Source: Actinomycetota bacterium (GTDB lineage: Bacteria; Actinomycetota; Thermoleophilia; RBG-16-64-13). From it: a stretch of DNA of 64,000 bases. The first letter of the stretch is position 1. The number at the start of each line of letters is the position of its first letter. The stretch spans positions 45,676 through 109,675 of the forward strand of contig JAHJSA010000050.1 of assembly GCA_018830645.1 (NCBI GenBank), in the 5' to 3' direction. Positions 39,273 through 48,488 of this stretch are shown here, piece by piece. The notes under the pieces were generated by a model. It was given only the letters and a program-made list of their open reading frames with translations, had not been told where the DNA came from and did no database searches. A program made the translations under genes and the position numbers.

Positions 39273-39803
39273 ATGATGCAGCGAATGCGTAAGGCCGTCC
39301 CGGTAGTGCTCGTAGCGATGCTCCTGCTGGTCAGCCTCTCGCTCGCTGTGGGCTGTGGCGGCGACGAGACTGCCACGGAGGGGACCCAGCCGCCCGACGC
39401 GGGAGTTGTCGTCGAGCCGACCACGACGACCATCGCCGGCGCTCCCAAGGCGTTCAAACACCTCATCGGGACCACCTTGGCCGTCACAGATGAGTCCCCG
39501 GAGAAGGTGCGCGCGAGCATCGAGCGACGCACACCGATGGTGATCGCATTCTACGTGACCGGCGGAACCGACGACGCCGTCGTCCTCAAGCATCTCGATG
39601 ATCTGGCGGTGCGTTTTGCCGAGATCGATTTCTACAAGTTCGACTACAAGCTCCCCGGTGAATACGGGGACCTGAGTGCGCTCTTGGAGATCGATTATCC
39701 CCCGCAGGTGACGTTCGTGGACGACCGCGGGGTCATCCAAGCCGTGACCTCCGGATACGCCGACGAGGGCACGCTCAACCAGAACCTGACCAATATCCGC
39801 TAG
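39273..39803 (+). CDS. Lipoprotein with thioredoxin-like fold lacking CxxC
   Basis: Signal peptide with lipobox LAVGC, Thr/Pro linker, MVIAFY...YPPQVTFVDDRG...SGY; GGAGGA RBS. Confidence 0.7.
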   Translation: MMQRMRKAVPVVLVAMLLLVSLSLAVGCGGDETATEGTQPPDAGVVVEPTTTTIAGAPKAFKHLIGTTLAVTDESPEKVRASIERRTPMVIAFYVTGGTDDAVVLKHLDDLAVRFAEIDFYKFDYKLPGEYGDLSALLEIDYPPQVTFVDDRGVIQAVTSGYADEGTLNQNLTNIR

Positions 39804-39875
39804 AGCTTCTCGCGGATCCTCGCACGTGATGTGACGGGCCGGCGCCTGCCGGCCCGTATGTTCGGTGGGCAGACC

Positions 39876-41345
39876 ATGACGCACGCACAAGACCACGACC
39901 CCTTTCCGCGCGCGTACGGTCCGCGCGTTCTCGAGCACCTTCGCGCGCCCAGAGGCGTGGGAACGCTCGAGAGCCCGGACGCGACCGGCTCCGCGGGCAG
40001 TCGAACGTGCGGTGACTTGGTCGTGATGCACGCCCACCTCCGCGACGGGCGTATCGTCGAGGCCAGGTTCCAAGCCTTCGGCTGTCCGGCCACCATAGCT
40101 TCGGCGGCCGAGATCGTCCGACGGCTCCCCCGCATGACGATAGTCGAGGCCGCTGCACTCGGGCACGAGTGGATCGCCGAGCATCTCGAGCTTCCGCCTC
40201 ACAAGAGAGGCTGCTCGGAGGTGGCCGCCGACGCCCTTCACAACCTTCTCGAAGACTGGGTGGGCTCGGGGCTCCCCCTGCGGCCCGATGGTCGCGAGGG
40301 CACCTACGGATTCCTGGTGGCCATGAGTGGTGGGGTCGACAGTTCCGTAGCTGCGCTGCGACTGAAGGAGACCGGACGACCGGTGACTGGTGTCACGTTC
40401 CGTCTCTGGGCCGACCCCACGTGTAGCGTTTCGAGCGGGTGCTGTAGTCCGGAGACGGTTCGGTCCGCTCGGCGCACGGCGCATCACCTGGGCCTGCCGC
40501 ACCTCACCGTCGACCTCACGGACCGGTTCTTCGACGAAGTCGTCGAGCACTTCGTAGCGGAGTATGCGGCCGGCCGGACGCCGAACCCGTGCGTGAGCTG
40601 CAACTCCGTGCTCCGTTTCGACGCATTGATCGAATTGGCCGACCGCCTCGGGGCGAGCCACGTCGCCACGGGACACTACGCCCGCATGATGGGGAGGCCG
40701 CCGCGCCTCCACCGCGGGGTCGATGTCGACAAGGACCAATCCTACGTTCTTTCGAGGGTCGATCCCCACCTGTTGGAGCGGGTGGTCTTCCCTTTGGGCG
40801 ACTTGGTCAAGTCCGATGTGCGTCGCCTTGCGCGCCAGGCGGGTCTGGAAGCGCACGACGCCGAAGAGAGCCAAGAGATCTGCTTCATCCCCGACGACGA
40901 CTACAGGCGGTTCCTGGCCGACCGTCTGGGTCGCCGGGTGGGCGCGATCGTCGATGGTCGGGGGGTCATCCTCGGCTCACACGACGGCACGTTCCGCTTT
41001 ACGATCGGGCAGCGCAAGGGCCTCGGCATCTCTTCTCCAGAGCCTCTGTATGTGACCGCGATCGGCGCTGCCGACGGCACCGTCGTCGTGGGCACCCGCG
41101 ACGACCTCAGAGTGACCGAAGTACGTCTCGGGCACGTCGTCGAGCACCGGGAGCGGGGGAGGGGCCCGCTGACCGCACAATTGCGATCCAGTGGGGGGGT
41201 CGTCGCGGTCGAGATCGGATCCGACACCCATGACCCAGTCTTGAAGCTCGCGACTCACGGGCTAGGCGTGGCCTTGGGGCAGACCGGGGTCGTGTATGAA
41301 GCCGACGCGGTGTTGCTCGCAGGGTCGATCGAGGGAACGCGCTAG
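39876..41345 (+). CDS. mnmA: IscU/NifU-N domain fused to tRNA 2-thiouridylase MnmA
   Basis: N-terminus LEH..PR.VG, TCGD, AFGC, HKRGC; then AMSGGVDSS, GCC, TPNPCVSCN, ATGHYAR, KDQSY, ESQEICF, TIGQRKG in one frame. Confidence 0.93.
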   Translation: MTHAQDHDPFPRAYGPRVLEHLRAPRGVGTLESPDATGSAGSRTCGDLVVMHAHLRDGRIVEARFQAFGCPATIASAAEIVRRLPRMTIVEAAALGHEWIAEHLELPPHKRGCSEVAADALHNLLEDWVGSGLPLRPDGREGTYGFLVAMSGGVDSSVAALRLKETGRPVTGVTFRLWADPTCSVSSGCCSPETVRSARRTAHHLGLPHLTVDLTDRFFDEVVEHFVAEYAAGRTPNPCVSCNSVLRFDALIELADRLGASHVATGHYARMMGRPPRLHRGVDVDKDQSYVLSRVDPHLLERVVFPLGDLVKSDVRRLARQAGLEAHDAEESQEICFIPDDDYRRFLADRLGRRVGAIVDGRGVILGSHDGTFRFTIGQRKGLGISSPEPLYVTAIGAADGTVVVGTRDDLRVTEVRLGHVVEHRERGRGPLTAQLRSSGGVVAVEIGSDTHDPVLKLATHGLGVALGQTGVVYEADAVLLAGSIEGTR

Positions 41346-41500
41346 CCCACGATACACACTCGACGGAAACCCTCGCCTGCCGAGTCGGGGAACCCCAACC
41401 GGGGGGTGGAATAGGCCCCTATGGTATAGTTGGACCTGCACCGAGGAGCATTCCCCGGGGATTTCTGCCCGGCTTTGACGATCCGAACGAGGAGACGGAT

Positions 41501-41875
41501 ATGGAGTGGGATGCGTCTGCGTTCATGAAGATAGCCATCGGCGTCTTCTTCCTCGCCTTCGCGGGGGGGCTCACACTCGCACTCGTACGGTTGGCCGGCG
41601 TTCTCAAGGAGTTGACCGTCGTCCTCACGGATTCGGCACGAGAGTTCGTTCCTATCATCACCCGCTTCCAGACGACAGTGGACGGCATCAACTCTGAGAT
41701 CGGGAAGATCGACGAGATCACGGGTTCGGTCGCCCACATGACCGGCACCATCGAGAGCACCGCTTCCGCGCTCCAGAGCGCGATAGCGACGCCCGTGAAG
41801 AAGATGGCCGGCTTCTCAGCCGGTGTCGGTGAGGCACTTTCATCCTTCGTCGCCGCACGTCGAAAGGAGTCGTGA
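41501..41875 (+). CDS. DUF948/YoxC-like membrane protein
   Basis: N-terminal TM helix then amphipathic coiled coil; TG-TATAGT at 41422-41430; GAGGAG RBS. Confidence 0.7.
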   Translation: MEWDASAFMKIAIGVFFLAFAGGLTLALVRLAGVLKELTVVLTDSAREFVPIITRFQTTVDGINSEIGKIDEITGSVAHMTGTIESTASALQSAIATPVKKMAGFSAGVGEALSSFVAARRKES

Positions 41876-42123
41876 TGGGCAGGTTCTCCTTCGGGCTCAC
41901 TGTCGCGTTGACCGCCGCGGCCGCGGCCGCGGCCGCCCTCGCCTATCGCATCTCGCGCGAGACGGGCAAGAGTCTCACCGAGGCGTTGGCCGAAGTCCCG
42001 GCTGAAGCGGAGCGATACCTCGAGGAGGTCGTCACCCGCGGCCGTGAGGCACTCGACGCGGGGCGCAGTGCGGCCGCCGAGAAGCAGGCGGAGATCGAGA
42101 GACGTCTCAACGAGCGGGCTTGA
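41872..42123 (+). CDS. YtxH-like small protein
   Basis: GRFSFG + Ala-rich anchor, ETGK, charged helix; follows DUF948-like gene. Confidence 0.55.
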   Translation: MMGRFSFGLTVALTAAAAAAAALAYRISRETGKSLTEALAEVPAEAERYLEEVVTRGREALDAGRSAAAEKQAEIERRLNERA

Positions 42124-42551
42124 AGACCGGACCCCGGGCTAGCGTCATGTCCACTGCCTCAGACACCGTTTCCCTCACCATCCCGCGTGCTCAGGAGTAC
42201 CTGCCCCTCTTCAACATGCTTCTTGGAGGCATCGCTACTCGGCGCGTTCTTTCCCTGGAAGCTCTCGACGATCTGCAGCTCGCCGTCGACAATGTGATCC
42301 TCGAGGACCGTGGCACCACGGGCGATCTCTCTCTCGCGGTGACTCTTCTGGAAGAGGCACTGGAGATAGTCATCTCCCCGCTCTCCGATCCCGACCTTCA
42401 CAGCACGTTGATCGAGGGCTCTGTGTCGACCGAGGCGGCCGATCGATGCCTGGACGTATGCCTCCTGCTGAGCCCACTCGTCGATCGATACGTCGTGCAT
42501 GATCTCGACTCGGGCACCTTCGCTCTCGAGTTGCGGAAACTGCTCCGGTAG
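42120..42551 (+). CDS. Degenerate RsbW-like anti-sigma factor
   Basis: VSLTIP...EY.....L.GIA......LDDLQLAVD and L..LVD resemble RsbW; immediately upstream of a SigB-type sigma. Confidence 0.7.
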   Translation: MKTGPRASVMSTASDTVSLTIPRAQEYLPLFNMLLGGIATRRVLSLEALDDLQLAVDNVILEDRGTTGDLSLAVTLLEEALEIVISPLSDPDLHSTLIEGSVSTEAADRCLDVCLLLSPLVDRYVVHDLDSGTFALELRKLLR

Positions 42552-42559
42552 GGGCATCC

Positions 42560-43381
42560 GTGGACATCGGCTCCGCTCACGTGAATACCGAACCGGTGCC
42601 TCTTCAGGCCCGCACGCCGAACGCCCCCGAGAAGGAGCTGCTCTGGCGCATCCATCGCGAGGCTGATGCGGTGGCGCGCGAGGAGTTGATCACGCGCTAC
42701 CTGCCGCTCGTGCGAAGTCTCGCCCGGCGATTCTCTTCGCGGGGCCAGCCGGTGGAAGACCTCATCCAGGTGGGGTCCATAGGTTTGATCAAGGCGATCG
42801 ATCGCTTCGACATCGAGCGAGGCGTGGAGCTTTCTACCTACGCGACTCCCACCATCCTCGGTGAGATCAAGCGCTACTTTCGCGACAAGGGCTGGGCGGT
42901 CAAAGTGCCGCGCGCCCTTCAGGATCTGAACATCCGCCTCAACCGGATCATCGAGCAGCTCACGGTGGAACTCAATCGTTCTCCCACCATCGCCGAACTC
43001 GCTGAGGCGTGCGACGTGTCGGAGGAGGAGGTACTCGAAGCCCTCGAAAGCGGCAGGGCCTACAACTCCCTGTCTCTGTTCTCGAGTGGATCACCCGACG
43101 ACGAGGATTCACTCGAGCTGCTCGACTACCTCGGTCGCGAGGACGACGAGTACAAGTTGGTCGAGCAGCGCAGGTACCTGGCGCCCGCGATGGGACGGCT
43201 GGATGAACGAGAGCGCCTCATCCTCCACCTGCGGTTCTTCGAGGGGATGACCCAGACCCAGATCGCAACCCGTGTGGGCATCTCCCAGATGCACGTCTCC
43301 AGACTGATCCGCAAGTCGATCGAAGTCCTGCGACAACACATGGTCGATCAGGACGGTGTCCCACCCGACCCGTCCCGCTGA
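42560..43381 (+). CDS. SigB/SigF/SigG family sigma factor
   Basis: EDLIQVGSIGLIKAIDRFD, YATPTILGEIKRYFRD, RSPTIAELA, GISQMHVSRL. Confidence 0.94.
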   Translation: MDIGSAHVNTEPVPLQARTPNAPEKELLWRIHREADAVAREELITRYLPLVRSLARRFSSRGQPVEDLIQVGSIGLIKAIDRFDIERGVELSTYATPTILGEIKRYFRDKGWAVKVPRALQDLNIRLNRIIEQLTVELNRSPTIAELAEACDVSEEEVLEALESGRAYNSLSLFSSGSPDDEDSLELLDYLGREDDEYKLVEQRRYLAPAMGRLDERERLILHLRFFEGMTQTQIATRVGISQMHVSRLIRKSIEVLRQHMVDQDGVPPDPSR

Positions 43382-43433
43382 TGGAGAACGATCGTGCATC
43401 GTCCTCGAAAAGACGAGAACGTGGGAGATATGC

Positions 43434-46052
43434 GTGAAGACGAGTGAACTCCGGAGACTCTTCTTGGACTACTTCGCCAGGAACGGTCACCAGTTGGTTC
43501 CCAGCGCGTCGCTGGTGCCGTATCGAGATCCGTCCGTGCTACTCACGACCGCCGGCATGCAACAGTTCAAGCCATATTTCCTGGGCATGGCGGAGCCGCC
43601 TGCACCCCGTCTGACCAGCGTGCAGAAGTGCTTTCGCACCACGGACATCGATCGCGTGGGACTTACGGCCAGGCACTGCACCTTCTTCGAGATGCTGGGG
43701 AACTTCTCGGTTGGCGACTACTTCAAGGAAGACGCGATCCGCTTCGGCTACGAGCTCTCCACCACCGAGTTGGGCCTCTCGCCCGACCGCATATGGGTCT
43801 CGGTCTTCGAAGGTGACGATCGCGTGGAGGCGGACGAAGAGGCGATGGGGTATTGGGAGGCCGTGGGGATCCCACGTGCACGGATGGTCGCCCTCCCTCG
43901 TAGCGAGAACTTCTGGGGGCCGCCCGGCCCCACGGGCCCGTGCGGACCTTGCTCGGAGCTCTACTACGACCGAGGCGCCGCGGTCGGCTGCGGCGATGAC
44001 GACTGCAGGCCCGGATGCGACTGTGAACGCTTCCTCGAGTACTGGAACCTGGTGTTCATGCAGTACAATCAGGATGAACAAGGGAAGCTCACACCGCTGC
44101 CGGCCAAGAACATCGACACCGGTATGGGGCTGGAGCGCATCGCCGCCCTCATGCAGGATGTGGATTCGGTGTTCCTCACCGATTCCTTCCGCCCCCTCAT
44201 CGAGTTGGGTGAAGAGATCTCGGGCGTGAAGTTCGGCACATCGGAACGCGCCGACGTGGTGTTGCGGGTGCTGGCGGACCACTCGAGGGCGATGACGTTC
44301 CTGATCGGTGACGGCGTCCTTCCCGGCAACGAAGGCCGTGGCTACGTTCTGAGGCGCGTGATCAGGCGCGCGGCTCGGTTCAGCAGAAGCCTCGACATGA
44401 GCCCGCCGTTCCTCGCGCGCTTCGCCGAGCGTACCATCGAGCTGCTTTCGGACGTGTACCCGGAATTGCACGAGCGGCAAGACACCATCCTTCGCATCGT
44501 CGATTCCGAAGAGGAACGTTTCAATCGCACCTTGGACCAGGGGCTGGTGCTTCTCGACGAAGAGATCCGAAGGGCCGATGAGGAGGGGACCACCGTCTTC
44601 CCCGGGGCGGCCGCATTCGTCCTGCACGACACTTACGGATTCCCGATCGAGGTGACCAGGGAGATCGTCGAAGAGCGCGGCATGGAACTCGATCGAGCGG
44701 GCTTCGAGAGCGCCATGAACACGCAGCGCGAGCGGGCACGGGCCACGAGTCGCGGCTCGGGCTCCGTGGAAGAAGCCATCGTCACCTTGGCCAGGACGGA
44801 CGGACACCCCACCGAGTTCGTCGGCTACGCTCAAGACGAGGTGTTCACCGTGATCGAACGTCTACAGAAGCTCGAAGACGGCCAGGTGATCCTCAGTCTC
44901 CGGGAAAGCCCGTTCTACGCAGAAGGGGGCGGGCAGACAGCCGACATCGGTTGGATCGAGACTGATTCGGGGCGGGCGGAAGTCCGCGATGTCCAGCAGC
45001 ACGGCTCGGTTCAGATCGTAGTCGCGCACGTCGTCGAAGGCGTTCTCCAGGCCGGAGTGCGGGCCAAAGCAGTCATCTCCTCCGTGCACCGGCACTCGGT
45101 TGCGGCGAACCACACGGGCACACACCTCCTTCATTACGGTCTCCGCACCATGTTGGGAAAGGACGTGACCCAGGCGGGGTCCGCAGTACGCGCGGATAAG
45201 TTCCGATTCGACTTCGCGTATCACGAACCCCTCGGGGCGGGGCGACTGCGCGAATTGGAGGAGATCGTCAACCGCAAGATCGTTGAGAACCATCCGGTGC
45301 GGGCATTCACGACGAGTCTGGATCACGCGAAAGACCTCGGCGCCGTCGCGCTCTTCGGTGAGAAGTACGGCGACTTCGTGCGGGTCGTCGAGGTCGATGA
45401 CTTCAGTCGGGAACTGTGTGGCGGTACGCACGTGCACGCGACGAGCGAGATCGGCATCTTCAAGATCGTCTCCGAGGGCAGCGTGGGAGCGAACGTACGG
45501 CGGATCGAAGCACTCACGGGCAGAAGAGCCGTCGAGTTCTACCGCGGGCGCGATACCTCGGTGTCGGAAGCGGCTCGACTCCTCTCCGTGCAGGAAGACG
45601 CCCTCGTGCCGGCCATACGCAAGCTGGAGACCCGAGTGGGGAGCCTTGAGCGTGAGAACAAGGAGTTGATGGCCGGCAACGCAGCGGATCTTGCGGCTGA
45701 GATCCTCGACACGTCCGTGACCGTGGGGGAGACCCGCGTGGCTGTCGCACACGTGCCGGCCCGGGACACCGACCACCTGCTCTCCCTCCTCGACCAAGTC
45801 CGTGACCGGCTTGCGCCGGCCTTAGTCGTTCTCGCAGCTGTTTCAGACGGGAAGGTCCTTGCCGTGGCTGGGGTCTCCGCCGGTGTGAAGGGGTTTCACG
45901 CTGGCGATCTGATCAAGGAGCTCGGTGCCGTAATCGGGGGCGGGGGCGGGGGCAGCCCCAGTCTAGGCCGGGGCGGGGGCGGCGATCCGACTCGACTCGA
46001 CGCGGGCCTGGACGCCATCCGAGACGCTCTGGTGGCCCGTCTGGGAGCCTGA
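43434..46052 (+). CDS. alaS: Alanine--tRNA ligase
   Basis: TTAGMQQFK, RHCTFFEMLGNFS, GPCGPCSE, DTGMGLER, NHTGTHLL, ELCGGTH, GGGGG. Confidence 0.98.
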   Translation: MKTSELRRLFLDYFARNGHQLVPSASLVPYRDPSVLLTTAGMQQFKPYFLGMAEPPAPRLTSVQKCFRTTDIDRVGLTARHCTFFEMLGNFSVGDYFKEDAIRFGYELSTTELGLSPDRIWVSVFEGDDRVEADEEAMGYWEAVGIPRARMVALPRSENFWGPPGPTGPCGPCSELYYDRGAAVGCGDDDCRPGCDCERFLEYWNLVFMQYNQDEQGKLTPLPAKNIDTGMGLERIAALMQDVDSVFLTDSFRPLIELGEEISGVKFGTSERADVVLRVLADHSRAMTFLIGDGVLPGNEGRGYVLRRVIRRAARFSRSLDMSPPFLARFAERTIELLSDVYPELHERQDTILRIVDSEEERFNRTLDQGLVLLDEEIRRADEEGTTVFPGAAAFVLHDTYGFPIEVTREIVEERGMELDRAGFESAMNTQRERARATSRGSGSVEEAIVTLARTDGHPTEFVGYAQDEVFTVIERLQKLEDGQVILSLRESPFYAEGGGQTADIGWIETDSGRAEVRDVQQHGSVQIVVAHVVEGVLQAGVRAKAVISSVHRHSVAANHTGTHLLHYGLRTMLGKDVTQAGSAVRADKFRFDFAYHEPLGAGRLRELEEIVNRKIVENHPVRAFTTSLDHAKDLGAVALFGEKYGDFVRVVEVDDFSRELCGGTHVHATSEIGIFKIVSEGSVGANVRRIEALTGRRAVEFYRGRDTSVSEAARLLSVQEDALVPAIRKLETRVGSLERENKELMAGNAADLAAEILDTSVTVGETRVAVAHVPARDTDHLLSLLDQVRDRLAPALVVLAAVSDGKVLAVAGVSAGVKGFHAGDLIKELGAVIGGGGGGSPSLGRGGGGDPTRLDAGLDAIRDALVARLGA

Positions 46053-46056
46053 CCGA

Positions 46057-46467
46057 GTGCGTGCGCTGGGAGTGGATGTAGGAGCGGCCCGAACGGGACT
46101 CGCCCTCTCCGATCCCCTCGGGATCACCTGTAGACCCCTCACGATCCTCCAGATCAGAGACCGGGGTGCGTTGGCCACGGCCGTAGCCGATGTTGCCGAG
46201 CAAGAGGACGCGGCGACGATCGTCGTCGGTCTGCCCCGACCACTCTCGGGAGGCGTGAACCAACAGATGCGGGTCGTTATCGCCTTCATCGACCGATTGC
46301 GGACTCTCACGCCTCGACCCGTGGTCTCGTGGGACGAGCGCTTCACCTCGAAGCTGGCCAAAGAACATCGCAGACCTGGAGAACCCGTCGATGATGTGGC
46401 GGCCTGCCACCTTCTTCAGAACTACCTCGATCACTCAGCGCTTGGTCGCTCGGAGGCCGCGGAGTGA
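46057..46467 (+). CDS. ruvX: RuvX/YqgF family nuclease
   Basis: LGVDVG..RTGLALSD, VVGLP, WDERFTS. Confidence 0.92.
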   Translation: MRALGVDVGAARTGLALSDPLGITCRPLTILQIRDRGALATAVADVAEQEDAATIVVGLPRPLSGGVNQQMRVVIAFIDRLRTLTPRPVVSWDERFTSKLAKEHRRPGEPVDDVAACHLLQNYLDHSALGRSEAAE

Positions 46468-47522
46468 GCGTAGCTACCGGTGTCGCGCGTCGCCGTCATC
46501 GGCTCCTAGCGGCTGCCGCCTTTCTCCTCCTCGTGCTTGCCGGAGGGGCGGTGGTGGTCGCCTCCGATTTCCTCGAACGCTTCGGCGCACCGGCGGCCAC
46601 TACCCTTCCTTCAGAGACCCGCACCATCATCATCCCGACCGGATTGACAGCGTCCGATGTCGCCAAGGTCCTCGAGCGCGAAGGTGTCATCGCGTCGGCC
46701 ACCGCGTTCCTTGTTGAGCTTCGGCTCAGAGGGGCGGCTGAGCGGATACAACCGGGCACCTACCAGTTCAAGACCGGCCAAGACAGCGGCTCGATCATCG
46801 GACTCCTCGAGACCGGGCCGTCCCCGGCCGACATACGACTCACCCTGCCCGAGGGATTGTCGATCGACCAGGCGGCAGCGCGCCTCGACGGCTTCGAAGC
46901 TATCTCGGCGGACGACTACAAGGAGTTCGCGGGTGATCCCGACACGTTCACGCTTCCCAAGGTTGGCGACACCACACCGAGCCCCGATGACCTTGAGGGA
47001 CTGCTCTTTCCCAGCACGTATTTCGTCGAGCTCGGTATCGACGCGTCAGATCTGATCCAGCTCCAGCTGAACACCTTCGAGGGCAAGACGGCCGGGCTCG
47101 AGTGGGAACGGGCGGGCGAGCTTGGCGTCGATCCGTACGAGGTGGTGATCATCGCCTCGATGATCGAGAAGGAAGCTCGGGTGCCTGAAGAGCGCGCGCG
47201 GGTCGCGGCTGTCATCTACAATCGACTTGCGCTGAACATGCCACTCGGCATCGACGCCACGACCCGGTTCGCCCTAAAGAAATGGACCGAACCACTCACC
47301 AAGAGCGACCTCGCGGTTGATTCACCATACAACACCCGCCTCGTCACCGGCCTTCCACCCGGTCCCATCGCGAGCCCCGGCATCCAGGCTCTCGAAGCGG
47401 CTCTCTCCCCGGCGGATGTGGACTTCCTCTACTACGTGCTCATCGACGAGGAAGGACACCACTTCTTCACCGCCTCATACGACGAGTTCCTGCGGGCTAA
47501 GGCGCAGGCTCCCGGCCAGTGA
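46464..47522 (+). CDS. mltG: Endolytic transglycosylase MltG
   Basis: N-terminal TM, LEGLLFPSTY, IASMIEKE, VIYNRL, SPYNT, GLPPGPIASPG. Confidence 0.94.
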   Translation: MSVATGVARRRHRLLAAAAFLLLVLAGGAVVVASDFLERFGAPAATTLPSETRTIIIPTGLTASDVAKVLEREGVIASATAFLVELRLRGAAERIQPGTYQFKTGQDSGSIIGLLETGPSPADIRLTLPEGLSIDQAAARLDGFEAISADDYKEFAGDPDTFTLPKVGDTTPSPDDLEGLLFPSTYFVELGIDASDLIQLQLNTFEGKTAGLEWERAGELGVDPYEVVIIASMIEKEARVPEERARVAAVIYNRLALNMPLGIDATTRFALKKWTEPLTKSDLAVDSPYNTRLVTGLPPGPIASPGIQALEAALSPADVDFLYYVLIDEEGHHFFTASYDEFLRAKAQAPGQ

Positions 47523-47642
47523 AGCCGCTGTGCCGCCATGGTGCGACCAAAGCAGGAGTGTGGGACGAGCGCCACGTCGGTACTCTAGAGCCGACCGTTC
47601 GCGAGGGCGACGGCAAGAACACGAGCCGCGGGGCGTGATCTG

Positions 47643-48488
47643 TTGGAAGTGAAGGCGAGCACAGGGGTAGTCTGCATTCTTGGTCATCCGGTACGCCATT
47701 CACGATCGCCGGCGATGCACAACGCCGCCTTCGCAGAAGTAGGCCTTGACCTGGTCTACGTAGCCTTTGATGTATGCGAAACAGACCTTCCTTCCGCCAT
47801 CGACGGCCTCCGCAGCCTGGGGTTCGTAGGCGCCAATATCACGCTACCTCACAAGGAGAGTGTGGTCCCACTGCTCGACGAGACCGACGAACTCGCCACC
47901 ACGATCGGCGCCGTGAACACCATAGTGGTTGATCGAGGGCGTCTGCGCGGCTACAACACAGACGCGCAGGGCTTCCTGCGCGCGCTGGAGCGGGGGTGGG
48001 GGAGAGGGCCGGACGGCGCGCGCTGCCTCGTGCTGGGGGCCGGCGGAGCGGCGCGCGCGATCGTCGCGGCGCTCGTGCACGCACAGGCGGCTGAGGTCGT
48101 GGTGCATAATCGCACCGCGGCGCGCGCCCGCAGACTCTGCGCCGACGCGGCCACATGGTCCAGCGTTCCGGTGCGCGCGATCGAGCCCGAGGAGCTCGGC
48201 CGTGTCGCCGCGCGCGCCGATTTGATCGTAAACGCCACGTCCGTGGGCCTCGACCGTACGTTCAAGGCAATACCACTTCCTGTCGATATGGTGAAGGATA
48301 GCCACGTTGTGATGGACGTCGTGTATTCTGATTCGATGACTCCGCTGTTGGAAGCCGCCCACGGGAGGGGTGCGACAGTGATCGAAGGCACAGAGATGCT
48401 GGTGCAACAAGCTTGCCTCGCCTACGAACTGTGGACAGGGAGGATTGCTCCCGTGCATCTGTTCCGCAATAAGGCTTCCAGCGACTGA
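47643..48488 (+). CDS. aroE: Shikimate dehydrogenase
   Basis: GHPVRHSRSPAMHN, GANITLPHK, GAVNT, NTD, GAGGAARA, NATSVG. Confidence 0.96.
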   Translation: MEVKASTGVVCILGHPVRHSRSPAMHNAAFAEVGLDLVYVAFDVCETDLPSAIDGLRSLGFVGANITLPHKESVVPLLDETDELATTIGAVNTIVVDRGRLRGYNTDAQGFLRALERGWGRGPDGARCLVLGAGGAARAIVAALVHAQAAEVVVHNRTAARARRLCADAATWSSVPVRAIEPEELGRVAARADLIVNATSVGLDRTFKAIPLPVDMVKDSHVVMDVVYSDSMTPLLEAAHGRGATVIEGTEMLVQQACLAYELWTGRIAPVHLFRNKASSD

